A stretch of DNA of 64,000 nucleotides from Lingula anatina. Its lineage: Eukaryota; Animalia; Brachiopoda. The notes beneath the pieces were generated by a model. The model was not told the origin of the DNA, did no database searches, and saw only the letters and a program-made list of their open reading frames with translations. The stretch lies in the NCBI GenBank assembly GCA_051362555.1, contig CM120646.1, positions 17,050,001 through 17,114,000 on the forward strand. Direction: 5' to 3'. A program made the translations under genes and the position numbers. Shown piece by piece: positions 24,028-35,612 of the stretch (the stretch's first letter is position 1; every line of letters starts with the position of its first letter).

Positions 24028-26370
24028 CAGATATCTATTTTTAACTATTCCAAAATTGTGTGTCTGAAAGATTAATAATTTTCCCCATTGAAAAGATAGA
24101 GTCATTACCAAGTATAAATACCTGTTGTGGTTTATTATGAGTGCATACCATGTATTAACATATTCAAACAATAAAAACTATGCTTCTTAAACTCAGGTTC
24201 GAATATAAAATGGATCTTCAGTATGGTAGTTACATGAGATTTTCAATTGCTTCACTGTTTCTAATATTTTACTTTTCAAGATTTGGCAATATCAGACAAC
24301 AGCATACTTTCTGACTTAAGCTTCAATAACTTTTGAAATGTTTAGAATGAAGTAATAGTAAGTGAAAGGGGGGGGGGGAGGATAATTATAACGTTAAAAT
24401 GTAGTTAGTTATTACCATACATTGTTATGCTTGGTTATATAGCTTAATTCACACTATTTTGAAGTCAATTACTGCGTTAAATCCTAATATAAAATTCATA
24501 AAGGTAAAAAGTGCTCTCATTAGTTTATAAAGTGTGCCTTAAATTGTTTGCTATAGAACATAGGATAATGCTTCGTCACATTTTTCAAATTTTCTATTTA
24601 AATACTTATTAAAGATATTCTGACAACAGAGTAGAAATCATGCAAAAAGAAATAAGGGATATCCAAGAGAAGTTCAATATAAAAAATGATTTCTCTCTGT
24701 TAAATCTGCTGATATAGTTTCACTTAATGTGTATATTTGGTGTGTGATGGCATGAATGTATTATTACTGTACAATGTAATGTTTATCACTTCCAGGATAA
24801 TGGCAGCTACTTGTACTGGGCAGTATATAAAGACCTTTTCATACTGAGCATTGTATTTAATTTTAGCAAAATAGCTGTACCAGTATGTTTTGAGAGGTTC
24901 CATCATGTAATTTTTCTTCAGGAAGCTTAACTCCCTTAATATAAAGTCTGCTGCCTGGCGCTTTAGTGGAAGTTTATAAATTGGCTGTGTCAGGTATGGG
25001 ACGCCTGTTTAGGTGGCTCTTTTTCATATTAACCAGGCTCTAAAGGAGTCAGTCTCGTGAAATATAACAGTACAGCTGTATTGCTAATATGTGAAAAGGC
25101 CTGAAGAGATATAAACATGTGGTAACCATGCATATACATTATGCCAAGGTCATTGATTATTGTTTGAAGTTCTGTTAGTGTCTTAAAGTGGAGTAGTCGC
25201 TTGGAAGAAGGTGAAAACCTTTGTGAACTGATAGCAGCATTGTTACCCTAAATTTCACGGTGCAGCATATCCATTCCTTGTTTTGGGTCTTGGTTTTCCA
25301 TAAACCCTGTTAGTGAAGTAGTCAGTGTATGGGCTTGCACGGCATTTTTTCCTGTTTTGAAAAACATCTTATCACCAACCAGTACCTTTTAATAAAAAAT
25401 ATATATACACCTATCTTTTTAGTTCAAGAAAAAAGGCAAAAGAGTTGAGATTAGTCATAACTATTGTAGCTATGATATTTTTTTTTTCTTTCTAAGGTTG
25501 CGGACAGATATCAAAACAGTTAAGAAGGTAAAAAAAAAAATGCTTAAGAGTGGTCTGTAAATAAGAAGGCAACGGGCACTATAGTTAGCAAATTGCTCAG
25601 TGAAATTTGGTTAAAATAATGCACTCACATACACACACACACACAAAACAAGCTACATATGCATGAAAATGCTGAGAACATTAGCAGGTGTGGATTTAAG
25701 TTGACAAAGGTGGTAAAAATTATATTTATTATATGATTACATTATACATTCTAATTTGACCCAAAATAGATAGGTTCTAAGGTAGTAGTCCCATATATTA
25801 CTCCTGCTGTATGGAATGCATGGCCAAAATTTAAAAATGCTAACAAAAAGAAAAAATCAATTGATTATTCAAGATTCATGCATTCAAGTAGACAAAAATT
25901 TGATTTAACAGTTTAGCCAAACTTCAGTAAAATCTTTAGCTCTTATGTAAAATTGCTCCCCGTACTCCCTGCTATCATATGCATGTACTGGTATGTACAC
26001 TTGTGCCATAATGTTTTATTTATATATGGTTATTACAAATTTCATGCGCCACAGCAACTTAAGTATTTCATTTTTTCAACATTCTTCATATTTACACCTC
26101 ACAATTTTCTCCATGGGCTTGACTTGCTATTGTGAAAAAATTTTAAGCAGCTTGTCCAGGACTTTCAGGCAATGGATTGTTTTAGGACATGTAACATCAG
26201 AAAATTAATGGGGGAATTGCTAAAGATTGTTTCATGTTATGCTAGTCTTGCTTGTGATAAGGCACCTCACTTCTGTTGTGTGGTATCTATTTTCATTATG
26301 GTGCGTTTCCTGTATCACAATCCATAACAACATTTCATAGCATATTATAAACAGAGTCATCATAGTCTGG

Positions 26371-26586
26371 TTCCCATACTTGGATCGATCCATCTGGGGG
26401 TTCATGCTAAATTTCTATCAGCTCAAGAGGCTTAAATGTCTGTCACGCCTACCGAATCAGCTGGGGGTAAAGATATTTCCCCTCTCACAGTTTTACTGGG
26501 CGTGACCGATGTTTAAGCCAGTCATTTTGATAGCAATTTAGTGAGACTCCCTAGGGAGATAGATTGATCCAAATATCTGTGGGAAT
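26371..26586. mobile_element. Diverged copy of MITE family 1
   Basis: TTCCCA..GATCGATC..GGGGGTTCATGCTAAATT..TTTAAGCC..TAGTGAGACTCCC..GGGAAT matches 7253..7466. Confidence 0.65.
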
Positions 26587-29229
26587 GGTCCCATCAACAG
26601 ATGCTACACAGGCCCAGCACCACAGCTGACTCCGAGGTGATATTAAACCTCTGACATGCCCTGTAATGTGTTATTTTGAAATAAATCCTTATTGTATAGA
26701 TAACAATTTTGGGAGTGTTGGGTGCAGAACTTGAATTAGTGACACACAATATCAGTAGGTTTCTCTGGTACCAGTTCCACTTTCCTTTTTAACCAGGACT
26801 GATTAGTTAAATTAGCAATAGTTGTAACATGACATGTATAACAATTACCAAGTTATATTGCAGACATCTTTTCCTTAATTGTGATTTTCTTTGTTTTTAT
26901 TTGTTGTGAGATTTCACGTTTATCTGTTGTTTGTGGGATGACATAATCATATGTTATAGGGGTAGTTATTTGTAGACTCAAATTCAAGAAATTGAAACTC
27001 AACTTAAAATGAAATTGTGTCATCTTATTTTCTATCAAGAACTGAAACAAAAAAAAAAAGTATTTGATCATTGTTCATTATATTTAGAGAGACAAACTTC
27101 TTGCTTTGTAAAGAAGAGAAGTTGATTTTGAAATCAAGTAAAAAGTATTGTGTTTGTATTAAACAAAAATTGTTTAAGATTGAATTATTTCTGGGGTAAA
27201 AACTTACTTTGCTATTGAATACTGTAACTGTTGAGGTTTCTGTTGAAATTCACCCACTGATACATCTTTCTGTGCTTAAATATAAGATGCATTCACATTG
27301 GCCAACAATCTCATATATAACCTGAAATGGAAATGGTCTTGGTCGGCAAAATGTTAGAATATTTAATCCCTGACCAGTGTTCTCGATTGCCTGTGCTGCA
27401 GATAATAAAATAGTTCTGAAGTGTCATTTTGGGAAACGGAGTTGGGTAGTGTAAAGGTGGGCTAGTGCTTGGCTGGCAACTTGTCTTGATAATCAACTGA
27501 TGTCAGAGTAGACAGTCGATTAATTAATTAATTAATTGGTTAGTATTATCATTTTGGCTTGCTGTTTGCATCCCAATGAGCAAAATATCTTCACAGTGTT
27601 AAAATTCATTTGGTTATTTATTTTTTCACGACTTAATTGTACAAATAAATTTATACAACAGAGGCACTGACAATGTACTTTTTTTTAAATCACATTTAAA
27701 AATATTATATCCAGTTCAGGAGTAAGTTACTTTAAGCTACATATTTAGTGGACAGAAATCAAGTAAGAAATGTATGAGAAAAAGAGTAGCCATAACATTT
27801 CAGGTTTGCAACTGAAGAGTTCCCCATTTTTCAAAGGACACTGGGAACTTGCCTATTACATGTAGAAGGGAATGGAGTTTCAAGTGTCCTCTGTAACTCA
27901 GGGTGATCTTAGACCAACTGAGCTGACACAACCATTTCAAACAAGTTGTAATGATAAGTATTTTTGTATTATTCTGTTCGAAAGGATCACTTAATTTAAG
28001 AATCACTTGAATTGTTTACTTCTAGTACATTTATTTCTTGTAGTGGTACAGTGTTCAAGTGTAGCCCAGTGTGAGACCCTGTGAACTAGGTCAATTTTTC
28101 ACTTTAATTCTTTGTTAAAGTATAAATAGCGGAGGTAAATAAATCTTTTGAAACTGTATTCTCTTTGTGTTCTCTAGATTTTGAGTCTTTGTGTGAAAAC
28201 ATTTGGGAAGGAATGCTGGTTTAATAATATCATAAAGAAAGACGAGTAAAACGATGCCACAGTGCAGTGTCTGAGTAATTGTCATTTGTATTCATATACA
28301 GTACCTTCTGCAAAAGTGATGCGGAGCATGTTATAAATATAAAATACAGAAAAACCAAGAAAACTTGTAACAAAACCACAATTTTTTAAATTCTGTCCCG
28401 ACTACTAACCTTTTTTAGCATATAATTACCACACGTTGTTTCTAAAGTTGGAGATAATAGTACAGTAATTAAAGCAACTCTTTCTTGGTCTTGTGTATAA
28501 ACAGGTTACCTTAAATTTACCTGGGCATTTTACTTTAGTTTACCTGAAATTTCTACTCGGAGACTTTCTCGGATAAGGAACAAGAAGCAGGTCTGCACAA
28601 AGGAAACTATTAATAATTTTTTTGTGATTTATCAAAATTCTTACTCTGACTGCAAAGGACCAGATGCTGATCTTTTGCCAAGTTTAATAGAGAAACAAAT
28701 ACTCCTACTCAAGTGCACTATAATGCGAAAGAAAAATACAAAGAACCAAGTACCGGTTCACTTTGTTTAAACAAAGAGGATAAAAGTCATACATATATAT
28801 GTAAGATATCTTAAGTGTTGAAGACTAGTTGAAACAGTGCAAGCATTCCAGTAGAAAGCCATTTTTGTGCAAAAGCCCCGTATGTTGCACTTTTAGGTTG
28901 CTTGAATTTTGTTCAACACAAAATGGACTATAGCTCTTTTTCCTTTCTATTGAGAATTTGATGCAAGACTGAAAATGGATAATGGTAACTGATTTAAGTC
29001 CTCTAAAGCATCTATAAAAGAAAAGTTTCTCAGACACATGATCATAGCAGTAGCCATAGGGCAATTGTAGTGCTTGTGTTATACTTTCTTTCAAAACCAT
29101 AGAAGTATGTCACAAAAGTTTCTATTTGTAATCAAATGCACTTAGTACTTTCATTAGCTTAACGTACAGAAGAATTTAGAGAATAATCAATTAAGAATTA
29201 CATTTGAGCACATATATATATATATATAT

Positions 29230-32200
29230 TCAATTGCCACTTAACACTTCATATTGGGAGACCATTGATGTTTCATCTTCAAAGTGACTGTTCACATGAC
29301 TTTCAAAATCGGTTTGTGGAAGCATCTTAGGGAAAGCAGCGCTGCACATTGGGCAGACACGTTCATCGGTATTAACTGGCCCCTCGTCATCAAAGGAGTT
29401 GTGCACAATCCCCGAAGTCTCCCCAGGCATGCAGTCCATGACGTGTTGTTGTAACTCCTCCATTGGCATTGACACGGGAAAAACTCGATTACAGGACGGA
29501 CAAATACGGTCATATTCATCCATGTTGTCTCTCAGCGGGATATGTATAGTGGCTCCCTCTGGTTGGCTCCTCTCATCACAAAGGAGGTTTTTACTGGGTA
29601 TCATCCCAACCTTATGGCCTAGCAGGGGGTCATTGTTCAGAACTGTTGGGCTGGTAGATGGTGACCCCAGTTTGGACCCCCCTGGCTCCTCTGTGTACAG
29701 ATTCGGATTTTGTTTACTATTATCACGGGTTTGAGGATGCTCTTCATTTCTTTCAAAATTAAGAGCCGACGTGTTTCGAACAGATGAACCGGTAGATCTC
29801 TGATTGTTACTACTGGAAGGCCCAAGTCTACTTCCAGCCATATTGTTTCCTGCTGATCCAGACCTAGAAAGATTAGAGTTCCCAGCATTCCCACTCAGGG
29901 GAGGATTAGAAGCACTCCCTCGAGATCTATGGGATGTGTTTCTTGGTGACACAGATGGAATGTCCATGAGGGCAGAGCCAAATATATCTCCCTGATCTGA
30001 TGTCATACTGTCCCCTCCCAACCCCTCATCAGGATCGGCAGTTTGGTCCTCTCTCAATGCCTCTTCTCTTCCCTGACTATTCAGTGATCCTACTCCTCCT
30101 GTCTCTGAAGGAAGAGAACCAAACTGCCCATCTGGCGTGAGATTGTCCGTGTTCCCAGTGGCTGGTATCATTGTTGCATAGGTCATGTCTTGTCCTGGCT
30201 CCATCCCAAGCTCATCTTGCATTACGTCCTCGGAGCATGGAATGGCGTAACTTTCTGTCATCACATCGCGTGCGGATGAGGCATTTGCCTGAGGTGATGA
30301 CGCTCGGGGGGAGATACTGCTATTGGCACTGGTTTGTGGATTTGCAGCTGGTGTCCTCTCTTTTGTACGTATTGCTGAAAATATCATAAAATCCTTAAAA
30401 CATTTCATCAAATACAATATCTTTATAAAGTGGTGGCCTTCTCCTTCCTCCCAGTTCCACGAAAGTCTCTTACTAGTCTTTTTCTTCTTGCCTGCATGTA
30501 TTGCCCCCCTTCCTCCTGCATTTTTCTCATTTTTTCATATTATTCTCAGCCTATGGCCCTGAAGTTGTTTGTAACCACACTCACCTGCTTTTTCTCTCTG
30601 CACGGCTTTTTCTATAAATAAGTGTTGCTCTCGCACCATCTTTTTCAAATTCTCATTGTCTTTTTTCACAGCTTCAATTTGAAATTTTAAGCCAAGCAGT
30701 TCTTTTTCTCCTATTCCTGAAACATGAAAGGAATTCATTCAATGACAACCATCTTGGATTCCTTAACAGCCCTCCACAGCAGCCAGGATGTTTTTGTTTA
30801 TGTACATTATCTGAAGGATTGTTTACAGCTTTACTGTATACTACGTCGACATAACTCACTTTGAATGGTCCCCAACTTACCTGTCCCTGAGGTCTCTGTG
30901 TTCTGTAACAAGGACAGCCTGTCTAGATATACTTGTTTTTCTTCTTCCTTTTCTTTTAAAGCATCTTTGAGTTGACGATCTAGCTCCAAGCACTGCTTCT
31001 ACAATGAAAAAGATTTTCATTTCAATTTACACTGTAAAGTGTGCCAAGTAGACGGAAAAATCATTTTTTTTTTTTGGTGAAAGTCGCCTCCTTCAAGTAA
31101 TCCTGGGAAATTTTTCATCAGCTGAGTCTCTTATTTCCGTTTAAAAAGCTATTTATATGTTTTAAAAAAATATACAAATCATCCTGATTTATTCACTTAA
31201 TGTGAGGCATAACAGGATAAACTTTTTATAAATGCAAATGCAAACATTAATTTGTTAAAAGCACTGAATAATCTAAACTGCCTTTGGGAAAAGTAATACC
31301 TAAAAATATATAGAGAATCAAAGTGTGCAATATGTTATCAAGTCAAATTATAAAGTTAAATAGATTTTCGCATATTCAGTTTCCAATAGCTTGAGTAATA
31401 CAGCAACAGCAACTCTCTCTGCAGATGGATGCTTCCTCCAGGCCTTGTAGTCTAGATGACTGGTGCAAAAATTGCTCAAAAGGTGGAAAAAGCATGAAAC
31501 TTGGCACAAATGTTCTTTGGACTATGCTGATCATTTTCAAGGGCAGTGCCCAAAATTTCAAAGCGTTGCTTAGCAACCGTTGCTAAGGAAGTGATTTACC
31601 TTAGTAGCAAGCTAATTGGACCTTTCTTGTTCAGTTTAAATGATTTAAAAAGGCTTTTAATTATGTTTCAAACCATCAGAACTATCACTATACTATTTTA
31701 AGACATTAAAAACCCAAGTAAACCATTGCAACAGTTGCTAGGCAGCATATTACCCTAGCAACAAGTATTTAACATGCTGAATTAGCCCAGAAAGTTAGTG
31801 TTAAGGTTGATTTTTTGTTGAGTTCCTCTAGACAGAGGGGAGTTCAAATGTCATTAATAATATCATTGATGTAAAAAAAAACAAAAACATTTTTACACCA
31901 TCTTTTATGGAAAATATTTTTTTAATTATTTTCAATTTTTGAGTTTTGACATAATGGTTGTGATAAGATTTCATCTGGGGTTAAATTGAAATTTTCCAGA
32001 ATTTCACTCAAAGAACCAATAATGTTTGCCAAAAGGGATAAGAAGTTGCTTTTAGTATTTTTAATCCACCTTTTGTTACTACCGATTCCTGACATTTTGC
32101 CAAGAAAAACGCACCCCACTTACTCTTATTTTCTTCATAAAGAAGTCTCTTAAGCCATGTAAAGTTTAGGGCCTTGGAAAAATTTTTATTTGCTGTACCT

Positions 32201-34537
32201 TTTTCCGTCCATTTTTGTAATCAGACGCCATCCTTGCTCATTTTATTTTGTATCTTTTTCCATTCCTGATAAAGTTAAATATGATATGCATATTTTAAGT
32301 ATTGAGGGAGGGGGGGGGGCTGGTAGGAGAGTTTATACATGCCCTTCGTAAGATGAGAAATACTAAAGGTTTAACCACTGTTGACTTTCCTATTATTGAA
32401 AGGTTTCTCAGAGACCAGATTTCCAAGATATTTTTCATTTTGTTCAATATTTTCTAAAAAGTTTTTTCACATTGTATTTTGTCAGTTCAGCATGGTTCTA
32501 TTTTAATTCTATTTGTTAATCAATAAAGTTCAAAAGTTTCTGTTCACACCCAAAGGCCGTTAGATGCCATATCTTACTTCCACCAAGGCTGCTCTACATC
32601 AATATAAGAGTATTCTTGCGAGATGAACATATCTGAATCAGCACTACGGTGCCATGTCATCAGATACCATGTGCTCACTCTGGTTGGACTTGTGCAGAAC
32701 AGTGGGCCTAAGTGGACACATTTGCCAAAAGCTATTGACCTGTCCAGAGTTGCTCCAGTGTGCATGTAGGTGCAGATGTAGAGGCTGACAATGTGCAAGG
32801 GCAAAATGCACTGTATATTGCACATACAAGGGAGAATTAACTATTATTATTATAATTATTAACTATTGCAAAGTTTTATAAAGAGTCGTAAATGGAAATG
32901 GCTGGTTACTAATTTTGAACATGCTGCCTTAAGTATCTGCACTGGCAATTTATTTGATCGGATGTGTGTAAACACACAATTGGTTCAACTTACTGGATTA
33001 AAAGTATGAACATCTTGCTCAAAAGTGTAGTTCTTAGCTAGTATTATAGATTTGCCTTACTTAATAGACTAACGCAACTTTAAATGCTTGTTGCTAGGGT
33101 AATATGCTGCCTAGCAATCGTGGCTAAGGTTAATTTGGGTTTTAATTGCCTTAAAATAGTCTAGTGATAGTTCTGATGCCCTGAAACATAGTTATTAGCA
33201 TTTATAAACTTTTTAAACTGGACAAGAAAGGTCTAATTAGCTTGTTACTAAGGAAATTCACTTCCATAGCAACGGTTGCTAAGCAACGCTTGGAAATTTT
33301 GGGCACTGCCCTTGAAAATGATCAGCATAGACCAAAGAACAATTGTGCCAAGTTTCATGCTTTTTCCACATTTTGAGCAATTTGGCCAAAATATAGCACC
33401 AGTCATCCAGACTATTGGTCCATTACAATTATGGACCACGAGGTTTTAAAGCTCCACCTTAGAGAAGACAAGACCAAGTCTGAGGACTGTGCTGTAGAGA
33501 TGCAATGTCCAAAAGCACCCCTGCTCAAAAATTAAACACACAATGAAATTTTTATCGTGAAATGCTGCTTTATATCATGTTTGTTTAGGGACAAAGACAC
33601 TTACTGTTTAGCAATGCAATTCTGTCTGAAAAAGTTTTGGAAGCATGTAATATGCACAACCAAGGTTTTGCCTTGTGCCTTTTAACCAAATTATGTTTAA
33701 CCATTTTCAAACATTACTATTTTAGACAAAAAGCGCACGCACGCACGCACACAAGCGCGCACACTCACACACACACAAGACCGGAGTATATAAATGAAAG
33801 AGACTTCAGTAAAAAATTTGTACAGCTTATTTTCAATATTGCCATACCTTGAAACCTGCTAACTCCCTCTCCTTTCTTTTTAAAGTAGTATCAAGGACTT
33901 CAACCCTTGACTTTGATGCCTCTTTTTCATCGCTTAGCTTAGACAAATTTTCTTGCAATTCTGCAATTTCCATTTTATGTCTTGTAATCATTGTTTGAAT
34001 TTTATCCTTAATTGCCTGACTCTCATTAATCAATCTTTTGTTGTCTGCTTCAATTCTTTTGAGCTTGCTATTCAACCTGTCAACTTCTTGTTGTTTGTTC
34101 CTCATTTCTACCTGCAACTTGTATATTTCTGACTCTAGATATTTGCTCCTCATTTCGAGTGATCTAAACTGAGCAGACGACAGGTCACTGCCAACACTCT
34201 CTGGCTGGCCATTGGTCACAGGCGACCCTGACCTGGGGGCAGTGTCTTCACCAGAGTCCACATTCCGCGATGCCATTCCAACACGACCTTCTTTAACAGC
34301 CCGTACAAGCTGTCTGTGTTTTCCGTCAAGTTGATTGTATCGCTTTTTTAAATCGTTGTATGCAGTTTGGAGTGCAAACTGTGATGATCCTAAACTAGCT
34401 TGTGGTGAGGTATAGATCTGAAATTCTGGACGATGGGAAGATGGTGGAATTGCGCTTGGATGGTCCACATCTGAAGGACTGTCTTCCAGTATAGCGATGT
34501 CATTTTCCACAGACAGTTCATTTTGGTACTCTGCCAT
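29230..34537 (-). CDS. TANK/AZI2(NAP1)/TBKBP1(SINTBAD)-family TBK1 adaptor with two C-terminal UBZ1-type zinc fingers (~694 aa)
   Basis: Coding exons 34537-33848, 30998-30881, 30716-30585, 30374-29230; phase-consistent GT-AG, 2085 nt. N-terminal ENDIAILE resembles AZI2 EDDICIL; SQFALQTAYNDLKKR resembles AZI2 SHFALVTAYEDIKKR; long coiled coil; TBD-like helix AVKKDNENLKKMVREQHLFIEK; AIPCSED resembles AZI2 PVGCSED; CPSC..HVMDC and CPMC..HVNSHF fingers. Confidence 0.85.
31448..33414. mobile_element. ~2-kb non-autonomous DNA transposon with ~325-bp terminal inverted repeats, in an intron of the TBK1-adaptor gene
   Basis: 31448..31772 (TAGTCTAGATGACTGGTGC..ATGAAACTTGGCACAA..CAAGGGCAGTGCCCAAAATTTC..GTTGCTTAGCAAC..) is the reverse complement of 33079..33414; TA at both outer ends; no transposase ORF inside. 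Confidence 0.85.
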
Positions 34538-35056
34538 ATTATTATGAATGTTTTCTCTGACTTCTAAGGCATGCCTTTATAAAAAGAGAGGAAGAGAAAT
34601 GTGTATATAATTTTAACTGTTACTTATATTTCAAAAATTATCATTCTTATACTGGACTTACAAAAAAATAAATAAATAAAAAATAAAAAACAAAAAAGGT
34701 GTTTACAAACATGTAAGACATTTTAATGACACTTATCCTTCATTGTTGTTAAAGGAAGGTCAAAATATGCCCCTTTCAACATAAATTGGATCCATCTTTC
34801 AAATGTATAAAATAACACATACATCTGATTCTCATTTTTTTATATTAAAATATAAAATAAAAACAAAAATAAAAAATATACTGGCATGTTCACTAATATC
34901 AACTCAAATACCTGAAACAGTAAATGACCATATACAGTTCACCTATAGATTTTGCCATTTTTGCTGTATCCAATTTCATGTAAATGTCTCATAGTAGTAA
35001 ACAGCCTTGTCCTGTGAAATATGTTACTGGTACTCCAGCCCTTACCAAACAGGATA

Positions 35057-35612
35057 GGGAAATCCCAACAATAACATAAAACATGACACCTTTTTTACAA
35101 TAACACTACATAATGACCCGAAGGTCACACAATGAATGAAAGCGCTAGACAACGTGACTGATTTTTCATACACAGGGTTAGTTCCTTAATGGGAATTCCC
35201 CACACTAGCCTCAAGAACATGCTTGGTGTCACTGCTTGAAAACTGACCCAATTCTTGGAAATATGTGGGTTTCCCTGACACAGATCTGGAATGCTCATTA
35301 TCATATGTGACCTGTGTTGACTAGGAGAGAATTAGAACTGGTTTTAACTAGAAATATTAACATATTAAGAAAACATTTTGATACTATAATGAATCAACAT
35401 CAAATGGGACAAATCTGGAATTTTATATTTTCCCTTTAATTACAGTAAGTATATCTCATAAATCAAATGTCCATCCCATCGCATATATATCATATGCTAG
35501 ATTCTGTTATCAGAACGGAATTTCCCAATATAAACTGGAAGTATGTTACTGGTGAGCTTTTAGAAAAAGGATTGTTAGGGCTGGACAAAACATCATGAAA
35601 AATGGGAATCCC
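35057..35612. promoter_or_regulatory. Cluster of NF-kB/Rel motifs in intron 1 of the TBK1-adaptor gene
   Basis: GGGAAATCCC 35057, GGGAATTCCC 35191, GGGTTTCCC 35267, GGAATTTCCC 35517, GGGAATCCC 35604. Confidence 0.65.

Noticed and set aside
26715-26795. Possible tRNA-derived SINE remnant (GGTTTCTCTGGTACCAGTT...)
   Set aside because: Too degenerate; no recognisable A/B boxes.
32574-32829. ORFs or a possible extra exon within the adaptor intron
   Set aside because: They lie inside the TIR element, have no coiled-coil character, and the flanking exons already join in phase.
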